Source: Candidatus Moraniibacteriota bacterium (GTDB taxonomy: Bacteria; Patescibacteriota; Minisyncoccia; Moranbacterales; DUUL01). Taken from it: a stretch of DNA of 64,000 nt. The notes below the pieces were generated by a model. The model did not search any database, was not told the origin of the DNA, and was given only the letters and a program-made list of their open reading frames with translations. The stretch covers positions 5,280 through 69,279 of the forward strand of contig JBFHIG010000004.1 of assembly GCA_041596615.1 (NCBI GenBank), in the 5' to 3' direction. The translations under genes and the position numbers were made by a program. Within the stretch, counting starts at the first letter, position 1. Each line of letters opens with the position of its first letter. Shown in pieces: positions 20,692-28,905 of this stretch.

Positions 20692-22557
20692 CTAAACCTC
20701 TTCTTCTTCTTTTTCTTTTTCAATTTGAATTCGTTGAGCAGGATTTGTTGTAATTAATTTATCCTCGTCATATGATGCCACAACTTGTATTGCCGCTCTT
20801 TTTAGGCCTGCAAAGAAAATACCCTCTCCCACACCACAGTCCATTAAAAGATATTTTTCTCTATCTGTTAAATAAAAAGTGTCTGCAATAACATCAATGG
20901 CCGATTGCGATTGTTTCATTAATAGTTGTATAGAGGAATTTGAAACAATTGGCTTCCCATATTTAGAGGACATAAAATCTGAAATATCCTGAGTAATAGT
21001 TGTTAGTCCACCATAATATTTTCTGATTCTTTTTGCTACCATAAACAAAAATCTTGCAGCCTCGTCATGCTCCATCATTCTCCAAGCCTCATCAACAACA
21101 ATCAATCTCTTTTTAACATTAATTCGGACTTCTTTCCAAATATAATTTAGAATCATGTACATTGCCATCGGTCTTAGTTCTTCCTCCAAGTCTCTGATAT
21201 TGAAAACTACCAATTGATTGTCCAGTGAAATGTTTGTTCTGTTATTTAAAAAGCCAGAAAAAATTCCTTTTGTATATTTTTCTAATCTAATCGTGATATC
21301 CTCAACGCCCTTCATGTTTGAAAGAACTTCATAAAGATCAAGCAAAACAGGCATGGTCCTGTCTTTTAGATCATCTAAAGGGGTGTCTTCTGTAATATCT
21401 CTAACCGCATAAGTTTCCCTAATTGCTTGTTCTAAAATTGACTCCTCTTCCGGTGTTAAGGTCCCTAACATCAGCTTTAAAAGTCCCAACAACGAAGATA
21501 TTGTGCTTCTAATTACATCTTCAACCTCAACACCCTTCTCCATTGATAAATCAAAAGGATTAATGTGGTTTTTTGTATTCAAAGAAATTCTTAGGTAAGA
21601 ACCTCCTACTGTTTCTGTGAGATATTTATACTCATCTTCAGGATCAACAATAATGGCACTTGCCCCCATCATAAGTGAACGTAAGATTTCCAATTTAACA
21701 GTATAACTTTTTCCGGCTCCCGACTTAGCAAAAACCACCATATTTGCGTTTTCCATAGAAAAGCGATCAAATAAAATCAATGAGTTGTTGTGTCGATTTA
21801 TTCCGTATAAGATTCCTTGATTAGAGGTCACATCAGCAGAAACAAAAGGGAAAGTTGTTGAAAGTGGAGATGTATTTAGGGCATTACCGTTAAGTAATTT
21901 ATCAACACCAAGTGGTATCGTAGAAACAAACCCTTCTTTCATTCTAAAAATAGACCTTTTTGTATATACTGAGCGCGCATTTAATAAGGATTCTAACATA
22001 ATTGTGTTCTTATCTAGAGCATCCTTAGTTTCTCCAAATACATTGAAATATAATCCAAACTTAAAAAATCTTTCTGAACCTTCTTGCAGTTGATCTCTTA
22101 AAGTTTCAACATTACTATATGCCATTTCCAAGATAGGATCTCTTGTTAGCCCTTTTTCAGATTCAATGTTCATTTCTGATTGAATTTGAGTAACTTTTTT
22201 TCTTAACTTCTTAAGAATAGTTCCTGTGTCAACAGGATAGATAAACATCGATATGTCCAAAGGAAGGTTAATCCCAATAACTGGATTCATCCAGCCCATA
22301 GCAAGTGCCCTAGGATATGCAGCTACAAAAAGCGTTCTACAGAAAGTGTCTCCTATTTGCAAATTTGAACTTGAAACCCCAAAAGCAGAGGGTGAGATCA
22401 GATCAATAACCCTGGCTAGCCCCTCTCGGTAAAGCCTTTCTTTGTTCAGCAAATCAGATGAAGTTTCTTCTTTGATGTCTGCTTGAGATAAAACAGAACT
22501 TTTATTAGAAACTTCTTTGCCGTTTTTTGTTTTTCCGAACTTAGGTAATCCTATCAT
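20692..22557 (-). CDS. virB4: VirB4/TraE-type T4SS ATPase, middle and C-terminal ATPase portion
   Basis: LQIGDTFCRTLFVAAYPRAL (typical Gram-positive VirB4 segment), Walker A VVFAKSGAGKSYTVK and Walker B LIVVDEAWRMM; 621 aa. Confidence 0.85.
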   Translation of the reverse strand: MIGLPKFGKTKNGKEVSNKSSVLSQADIKEETSSDLLNKERLYREGLARVIDLISPSAFGVSSSNLQIGDTFCRTLFVAAYPRALAMGWMNPVIGINLPLDISMFIYPVDTGTILKKLRKKVTQIQSEMNIESEKGLTRDPILEMAYSNVETLRDQLQEGSERFFKFGLYFNVFGETKDALDKNTIMLESLLNARSVYTKRSIFRMKEGFVSTIPLGVDKLLNGNALNTSPLSTTFPFVSADVTSNQGILYGINRHNNSLILFDRFSMENANMVVFAKSGAGKSYTVKLEILRSLMMGASAIIVDPEDEYKYLTETVGGSYLRISLNTKNHINPFDLSMEKGVEVEDVIRSTISSLLGLLKLMLGTLTPEEESILEQAIRETYAVRDITEDTPLDDLKDRTMPVLLDLYEVLSNMKGVEDITIRLEKYTKGIFSGFLNNRTNISLDNQLVVFNIRDLEEELRPMAMYMILNYIWKEVRINVKKRLIVVDEAWRMMEHDEAARFLFMVAKRIRKYYGGLTTITQDISDFMSSKYGKPIVSNSSIQLLMKQSQSAIDVIADTFYLTDREKYLLMDCGVGEGIFFAGLKRAAIQVVASYDEDKLITTNPAQRIQIEKEKEEEEV

Positions 22558-22566
22558 ATTTTTAAA

Positions 22567-23232
22567 TTATTCCCTTTCAATATTTAGATCTTCTAGCGTT
22601 GGAATTGCTACGTGTTCAAACTCCGAAGGATTATAACAGTTATAATACATTTCAATTAACTCTTGGGTGTTTAATGCTACAATCCTAATCCCACTTCCAG
22701 AGAGAGATTCTTTGATTTCCTCGACTCTTTGAAATAGTTGATTTTTATATGTTTCAAACTGCTCTCTTTCTTGATAAATATTCTTTTGGGGTGTTAGTTT
22801 TGCAAGCATATTATCGATAAAACCTGTTTTTTTTGATTCTACTGCATAAAAAGGCACTACAATATAAAACAGTTTCGACATAATATTTGAAACATTAACC
22901 AATTCTCCCACAAAATTCAAGTAGTCCTCGATTTGATTTCTAAGTAAAACGTTTCTTTCTGTGTCTTTTTTTCTCTCAAGCATTTCTAGATATGGTTTGA
23001 TATCGAATTTTCTAGTAGAAATTACAATTTGAATTGGAAAATCAAGTGAATTTAAGAAGCGTTGATAAGCGAAAACAATAGCCTCTTGTTCAGTGCTTGA
23101 TTTCAAGTCAAAATTAATAGATGAAACAGCCAAAACAGCCCTCAAGGAACCGTCTTTAACTATAACTGCTCCGTCTTTAATCTCTGAAACATTCAATTCT
23201 TCTTGCATACTAAAATTTCCCGCTCCTTCCAT
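22567..23232 (-). CDS. VirB4 N-terminal-domain-like protein encoded as a separate ORF
   Basis: IKDGAVIVKDGSLRAVLAVSSINFDLKSSTEQEAIVFAYQRFLNSLDFPIQIVI resembles the N-terminal domain of Gram-positive conjugative VirB4/TcpF/Orf16-type ATPases. It is in the same frame as 20692..22557 and separated from it by a single TAA. The first ATG is at 23232; the track start at 23253 is TTG. Confidence 0.6.
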   Translation of the reverse strand: MEGAGNFSMQEELNVSEIKDGAVIVKDGSLRAVLAVSSINFDLKSSTEQEAIVFAYQRFLNSLDFPIQIVISTRKFDIKPYLEMLERKKDTERNVLLRNQIEDYLNFVGELVNVSNIMSKLFYIVVPFYAVESKKTGFIDNMLAKLTPQKNIYQEREQFETYKNQLFQRVEEIKESLSGSGIRIVALNTQELIEMYYNCYNPSEFEHVAIPTLEDLNIERE

Positions 23233-23249
23233 AAAACTATATTTAATAA

Positions 23250-23666
23250 TCAAATTTTACTATTTGTGTCCAATAAATCAGCTAGACTCTTTGAACTTTT
23301 CAATTCCTTTTCTTTAATATATCTGTTGATAGACGCTTTTTCATTTTTCCTTGCCGTTCTTTTTATTGGTCTTTGTGTTTCGTTTTGAATATTTCTGTGC
23401 CAAGTTAAAACTTTGGGTTTAAATAAATATAAAATTCCGTTTATTATAAACTGTAGAAATGTTAACCCTGCTGGTTTATAAAAAGCAAAAGCAAGAGAAA
23501 GTAAAATAACTGGTATTCCAAAAAGTATTAGGGCTGGCATAGAACCCATTTGCCATAAAAAAAACAATCCTGCCGCTCCAAGACCCAACCAGCTTAGCTG
23601 TTTTATTGTCAATTGAAAAGCAAGCTTATCTTCAACCTCAATATACTGTGGAACATTAAAATTCAT
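23250..23666 (-). CDS. PrgI-family (VirB3-like) small membrane protein
   Basis: MNFNVPQYIEVEDKLAFQLTIKQLSWLGLGAAGLFFLW followed by a second TM. This matches the PrgI-family N-terminal signature and its position directly upstream of VirB4. Confidence 0.6.
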   Translation of the reverse strand: MNFNVPQYIEVEDKLAFQLTIKQLSWLGLGAAGLFFLWQMGSMPALILFGIPVILLSLAFAFYKPAGLTFLQFIINGILYLFKPKVLTWHRNIQNETQRPIKRTARKNEKASINRYIKEKELKSSKSLADLLDTNSKI

Positions 23667-23678
23667 ATCCTTTTTTTA

Positions 23679-24632
23679 TTAGATATCCTTTAAATTTATA
23701 GTGTGCTTCGATTGTATTCTTTCTTTATTTTGCAAAGCCTCTTTTTTCTTAAATTCTTCACTTTCCTTTTCTTTTTTTGTATCTTTTTTAAGGTTTTCTC
23801 CTCCCAAAACTTCTTTGGTAAGGGGGTTTTTTTTATCCTTTAATAATTCTTCTTCCTCCTTTTTTATAAACTCCCTTAATTTTATTGAAATTTCTTCCTC
23901 CTTATTATTAAATAAAATTAATTTTCTATCCGCATCAATTTCCAGTTCATTATTCTCGTCATATGATTCCAAAACAAGCAAAAGTTCTTTTTTTTCCAAA
24001 AATGTAAGTTTGCTAATATTTTTGGAATTGAAAATATAATCACTTCTTTCCAGGTTGTTGTGTGGTTGTGAGCCTTTTTGTATCGTATAGTCATCCAGCC
24101 AATTGTTTATTGTCTGTTTCTTAAACTCATCTTCTCCAAAAATTTTTATTTTATTCTCTCCTATCAACTGGTCCCCTATTTCTGGAAATTTTTTCAGTGC
24201 TGGAATTAAAGGGCTTTTTTCTATCCTTACTTCCGCACCACCACTTTCCATTTCAACAATCTTCTTTCGCAATTTAAAAAGTTCAATAACCAGTTTCTCT
24301 GTTTCATTTTCGCCAAGTTTTATTCTCTGATTAATTCTTCTTCTTATTCCCTCCTCATCAAAAAATCCTTCTACAAAAGAATCCCTAATAATCCTTGATA
24401 TTTCACCAACTTCTTCTGCTCGATAAAAATCAAATTTCTTTGCAATTTCAATAACAGCATCTTCTGTTGTTTTCGAAACTAGTCCTAATTTAATTTGATA
24501 TGAGAGTTTGTTATAAATTTCCAGCCAACAAATTTCATCCTTCTCTGTGTCTTCTTTGGGATTCCAATGCACACTTGCACTCATAGGGCAAGCTTGCTCT
24601 CTTATTAATCTTTCACTTTCTGTTTCTGACAT
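23679..24632 (-). CDS. Hypothetical soluble protein with a Lys/Glu-rich C-terminus (T4SS-like locus)
   Basis: 317-aa ORF with an ATG start and gaps of 12-14 nt to its neighbours. No motif recognised. Confidence 0.45.
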   Translation of the reverse strand: MSETESERLIREQACPMSASVHWNPKEDTEKDEICWLEIYNKLSYQIKLGLVSKTTEDAVIEIAKKFDFYRAEEVGEISRIIRDSFVEGFFDEEGIRRRINQRIKLGENETEKLVIELFKLRKKIVEMESGGAEVRIEKSPLIPALKKFPEIGDQLIGENKIKIFGEDEFKKQTINNWLDDYTIQKGSQPHNNLERSDYIFNSKNISKLTFLEKKELLLVLESYDENNELEIDADRKLILFNNKEEEISIKLREFIKKEEEELLKDKKNPLTKEVLGGENLKKDTKKEKESEEFKKKEALQNKERIQSKHTINLKDI

Positions 24633-24646
24633 TTTTATTTTTCAAA

Positions 24647-26659
24647 TTATTCATTCATATCCCTCATTGCATCCTTTTCATCTCGTCCCGATAATTTTTC
24701 TCCCGTTGCAGTTGAAATAAACTTTTTTAGAGCTCCTTGTTTTTCAGCATCGGTGTTTTTGGCCAAATGCTCCATTAGTTGTTCACGAGTAAATCTGCTA
24801 TCTCCTGCTGCTTGTTTTCTTTTTATATACTCTGCAACGTTTTTATCCTTAAGAAATCCAACTGATTGATCTGTTATTTCTGACAATTTCATTTTCCCTA
24901 GTTGCTCTTCATAAACACTTTCCCTATATCTTCCTTCTTCTGTTCTCCTAAATATATCCTCCTCGTCACTTGTCATCAGAGAACCTCTCCTGGTGTTTTC
25001 ATTGACAATCTTCTTGTTTATTTCCGCAGACATCTCTGACTCAATTTTGTGCTCTATCATCGCTCCTCTGTTTTTCTTTCTGGCAAGGGTTTCAAATTTA
25101 TTCAAAGTCTCTGGACTGTCCTTAAATAACTCACGTGCTCTAGCATAACTATCATCTCCAAGAGATCCGTCAGGATTTCTTGTCATATTCAATTTTCCAT
25201 TTTCTGCCAATTTCATTGCGGCAGCTTTTTTCTTAGCGTTTAATTGAGCTGTGGTGTCGGCCCCTTTCCCTCCAAAATAATTTGCAACTGTGTTTTTAGA
25301 TGATGGTTGTTCTACTAAAATTTTCTTTAATTCATCTTCGCTTGGAACACCATTTTCATCCCAATCTTTCATCTGTTCTCGTTGTAAATTCTGTTCATGA
25401 GCAGTTTTTGCAGATTTGCTGCCCAATTGAGCTCGTTTGGAAAGCATTCTTGCTTCTTTATTTTCTTTGAAATCAGCTTTTTTATTTTGGACATAAGCCT
25501 TTCCATAACCAAGGCCATATCCAGCGGTTCCAATAAAAGCAGCTCCTTTCGCTAATTTTCCAGCCTTTCCTAGACCCCAAGCAGCGCCATCCCCGGCTTG
25601 ATTTGCAATTTTCTTAGAAAGATCAAAGCCATAGAAAAGCATGTATATACATGAAAAATATGGAATAAAAATCTTAAGTGCCCCAATAACAAAACCTGTT
25701 TTATTGTTCCCTGCTATCTCCATCTCTGCGCTACTTAATCCCACATTTAAACTGACAGCACTAACCAAAACAATTGCCAACCAAAGGAAAAACAACATTA
25801 CTGGACCAAAAGCACACCAATAAGTCAATTTATTAAACCAGGTCGTCTTGATGTTTCCAATTGCTGTTCCTGGAAGCGCTAGTGCAAAAAATGCCAAAGG
25901 AGAAAGAATAATCAAAACCCATAAAGCCACCAGTCTAATAACAAGAGACAATCCTAATGCCAAAAGCATAATTCCCATAATAAATTTAAAAATCGCTTCA
26001 ACAATCCAACTCATATATCTTGCCTCATTAGAAGCGGTCTCACTTTTAAAAGCCTGCCCCATTCCAGTCGCACTCATTAGTGCTGATGAATAGCTGGTAT
26101 TGCCCTCTCTAATATTGCTCATAAAAAATGACATCGCTAAGTTCGAGATATCAATAATAAAAAGCGTAATTGGTTTTGAAAAATTTACAAACAAAGCTGC
26201 TGAAATCACGTATACTACAAATTTCTTATCTGAATATTTATTGATTTTTAAAATAGTTGCAATTGCCACAAAAATCAAAATTAAAATAAAAAACATATTA
26301 ACAAAATCCCTCACCAAACCCCAACCTGTGTTGATGGCAGTAAGTGCGGTTCCTTGAAAAAAAATCTCATCATATAGTTCATCAGACATCACTAAATCAA
26401 CCACGGACATACCTATACTCAAAACAAGTCCGCCAAAAGCTTGAAAAAGGTGAAGAACCCCTTCTATTAAGTTAGTTCCCATATTTAAAGGGTTGTATTT
26501 ACTAAGTCCTTTTCCATATTCAGCGCCTCCTGCTACCACCCGATCTTGTTGTCTCTCCCAGGCCTGTGCTTGTAGTTGGTTTACTGTGAAAAAGGAAACC
26601 ACTATTAATATAAATAATATTGCCTTAAACCAGTTTTTTTTGTTTTTGAAAGATATCAT
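24647..26659 (-). CDS. VirB6/TrbL-like polytopic membrane protein with a ~290-aa hydrophilic C-terminal extension
   Basis: Signal/TM1 followed by at least 7 TM segments and a long charged tail. The call rests on topology and operon context only. Confidence 0.5.
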   Translation of the reverse strand: MISFKNKKNWFKAILFILIVVSFFTVNQLQAQAWERQQDRVVAGGAEYGKGLSKYNPLNMGTNLIEGVLHLFQAFGGLVLSIGMSVVDLVMSDELYDEIFFQGTALTAINTGWGLVRDFVNMFFILILIFVAIATILKINKYSDKKFVVYVISAALFVNFSKPITLFIIDISNLAMSFFMSNIREGNTSYSSALMSATGMGQAFKSETASNEARYMSWIVEAIFKFIMGIMLLALGLSLVIRLVALWVLIILSPLAFFALALPGTAIGNIKTTWFNKLTYWCAFGPVMLFFLWLAIVLVSAVSLNVGLSSAEMEIAGNNKTGFVIGALKIFIPYFSCIYMLFYGFDLSKKIANQAGDGAAWGLGKAGKLAKGAAFIGTAGYGLGYGKAYVQNKKADFKENKEARMLSKRAQLGSKSAKTAHEQNLQREQMKDWDENGVPSEDELKKILVEQPSSKNTVANYFGGKGADTTAQLNAKKKAAAMKLAENGKLNMTRNPDGSLGDDSYARARELFKDSPETLNKFETLARKKNRGAMIEHKIESEMSAEINKKIVNENTRRGSLMTSDEEDIFRRTEEGRYRESVYEEQLGKMKLSEITDQSVGFLKDKNVAEYIKRKQAAGDSRFTREQLMEHLAKNTDAEKQGALKKFISTATGEKLSGRDEKDAMRDMNE

Positions 26660-26670
26660 TTTTGTGCTTT

Positions 26671-27582
26671 TTAGATTGTGAGACCTTTTTTAATTTTATC
26701 TTGAAGTTTTTTTACTCCATCATCACCAATGGTTCTTTGTATTTTTCTAGCCTCATTGTTAATTGGCTTTGAAACAACACTAATTCCACTTTTAATAAAT
26801 GATGTAGTCGAAGAAACTACAAAGCTTGCTATTACCTCTTCTAGGGAACTGGCATTATTTATCATTTCAATTGGCATTGTTTCTGCAGCAGAAATAATCT
26901 CTTGAGAAATTTTTCCTGGTATTACCTTGTTTCCATTCACAACTGTATTAAATCCACTACCAGCAATTGCTTCAGCTTGTTGCGCTTCCGCTGCTTGGTA
27001 GGCTGCGTTGTCTACAATATTTTTCGAATTAATATATGCACTCGTTGAGTTATTGTACTCACCAAACTGATAAGAAAGAAGAGCTCCTACTCCCCCACCC
27101 TTTGTTTGATCGAAAACATCTCCTATTGGATCATCTGAATCAACAAATTCATGAAGTGTTACCTCTGGTTGTCCGGGGGAAATTTGATTACTTATTGATT
27201 GTTCAACATTTCTAAGCATATCTCTTTCTGAGGTCGAGGCTCCTACTTGAATAACAGAAAAAAAGTCCGTCAATTTATCCTCCGCTGCAACCTGCGCTGA
27301 TCCAAAAATAAAATCTTCATAGTTAGTAATAACCATACTTTCTCCAGAGGAACCACCTACAGCTTTTTCCAAGGCGCCCCTAATCATATTATTAGCTTCT
27401 TTTTTCATTGTTTGAAGAATCGTTTTTCTTAAAACAACAAAAACTTGCTCCAAAACTTGTTTCATTAGAGCAGAGCCCACATTTGTTCCCCAAGCATCTC
27501 CAATTGCTCTTGTTGGGTTAATTGTTGCAAAAATAGAAACCATTATAATTACAGTTGCTATTATTTTTTTTGTTTTTATCAT
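26671..27582 (-). CDS. Secreted protein of unknown function (T4SS-like locus)
   Basis: Signal peptide MIKTKKIIATVIIMVSIFATINPTRA; Ala/Ser/Gln-rich, with no TM after the signal peptide. Confidence 0.5.
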   Translation of the reverse strand: MIKTKKIIATVIIMVSIFATINPTRAIGDAWGTNVGSALMKQVLEQVFVVLRKTILQTMKKEANNMIRGALEKAVGGSSGESMVITNYEDFIFGSAQVAAEDKLTDFFSVIQVGASTSERDMLRNVEQSISNQISPGQPEVTLHEFVDSDDPIGDVFDQTKGGGVGALLSYQFGEYNNSTSAYINSKNIVDNAAYQAAEAQQAEAIAGSGFNTVVNGNKVIPGKISQEIISAAETMPIEMINNASSLEEVIASFVVSSTTSFIKSGISVVSKPINNEARKIQRTIGDDGVKKLQDKIKKGLTI

Positions 27583-27629
27583 TTTTGCTCTATAAATAAG
27601 AGTTATGCTTTAATTTAATATCCAACTTT

Positions 27630-28799
27630 CTATAAATCATACAGGTCATACATTGATGAAGAGCTCATCATTTGATCTATATCCATTGAACCTGCTATAT
27701 CTGAAATATCAAAAGAATCAATACCAAATTGATCTAAAATATTTGTTGTGTCAGAACCCAATATATCAACCTCGGACATAACTGCTTGTACCTTTCCAAG
27801 CATAGAAACCAATTCAACTGGATCATCTTCATCTGTTGCAATTGTTTCATCTTGACTAAGCATATATTTTTGCAAAGACAACCCCATTTTGTGAATATCT
27901 TTTAATACATATGGGACCTCTAGATCTTTAATTTTTTCATAAATAACCTCAGATGTTCCTTTTAGATCTGTAAGGTTTGAAGAATCTCCATCTTCAATAT
28001 CACTTCCCATACCAGTTATCAAGCTGGTTGCAATTCCCATCATATTTCCACTGTCCTGGAAAAGATAAGGAGCTTCTTCGAATATTATATAACCCACTTG
28101 CACAAAATATTCTTCCACAGCAGCCTTTTCTTCTTCAAGTGTTTGATCATTTTTTTCCGTTACTTCTTCTTGAATATTTAGTTCTTCATCTGAGATAACC
28201 TCCAATTCGTCATCAAGATTAACTTCTTTAATTGTTTTTTCAACAATAGCCTGCACCTCTTCTTCTGTTAATGAATATTTCACAACATCTCCCGACTCTT
28301 TGATTGTTTTGAGAATTTCTTTATCAACACTGGCTTGATTAAGCAACTCCAATTCCTCCTTTTTCTGTTCCTTGATATTTTTCAAAAAAACCTCCGTTGC
28401 ATTTATGTTATTCTTTGCACCATCTTCAGTATTTTTCACAGTACCTGTTTTTTCTTCAAGACCCTCAATCACTTCAGTGGACTCACCTGTTTTGTTTTTT
28501 GTTGTTGTATTTAAAAGATTCTTCATTTCTTCTGAATTTCCTACCTTTTTTACCAATGGATCAAATCCTCCCTCAACCTCAACTCCATCAGAATACCCAT
28601 CTTCATCAGTATCTGCCTTGTTGGGATCCGTTCCGAGTGCCATTTCTTCTTGATTTGTCAACCCATCACCATCTAAATCTTCGAAATAATTTAATTTATT
28701 TTCATCTGCGTGTGAAAATTGAATCCAAGCAAAAGCAAGCATAGCAAAAAACACAGCCCCTTTTTTGATTGGTAATTCAAAAGTATTCTTTTTTTTCAT
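27630..28799 (-). CDS. Highly acidic secreted protein with thrombospondin-type-3-like Ca-binding repeats; first gene of the T4SS-like array
   Basis: Signal peptide, then DLDGDGLTNQEEMALGTDPNKADTDEDGYSDGVE, followed by a long Asp/Glu-rich region. Confidence 0.6.
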   Translation of the reverse strand: MKKKNTFELPIKKGAVFFAMLAFAWIQFSHADENKLNYFEDLDGDGLTNQEEMALGTDPNKADTDEDGYSDGVEVEGGFDPLVKKVGNSEEMKNLLNTTTKNKTGESTEVIEGLEEKTGTVKNTEDGAKNNINATEVFLKNIKEQKKEELELLNQASVDKEILKTIKESGDVVKYSLTEEEVQAIVEKTIKEVNLDDELEVISDEELNIQEEVTEKNDQTLEEEKAAVEEYFVQVGYIIFEEAPYLFQDSGNMMGIATSLITGMGSDIEDGDSSNLTDLKGTSEVIYEKIKDLEVPYVLKDIHKMGLSLQKYMLSQDETIATDEDDPVELVSMLGKVQAVMSEVDILGSDTTNILDQFGIDSFDISDIAGSMDIDQMMSSSSMYDLYDL

Positions 28800-28875
28800 T
28801 TATTTTTATTTTTTGATGATTGATATAAAAACTCTACACCAAAACAAATTTATTATTTCTTTTAAACTTGTTTTG

Positions 28876-28904
28876 ATTATAACACATTTTTATTTTATGC
28901 AAAA
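28876..28904 (-). promoter_or_regulatory. Extended -10 promoter candidate for the T4SS-like operon
   Basis: The minus strand reads TGTTATAAT (-10 TATAAT at 28876-28881 with TGn upstream). A weak -35, TTTTGC, lies at 28899-28904. The element is about 75 nt upstream of the ATG at 28799. Confidence 0.35.
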
Positions 28905-28905
28905 T

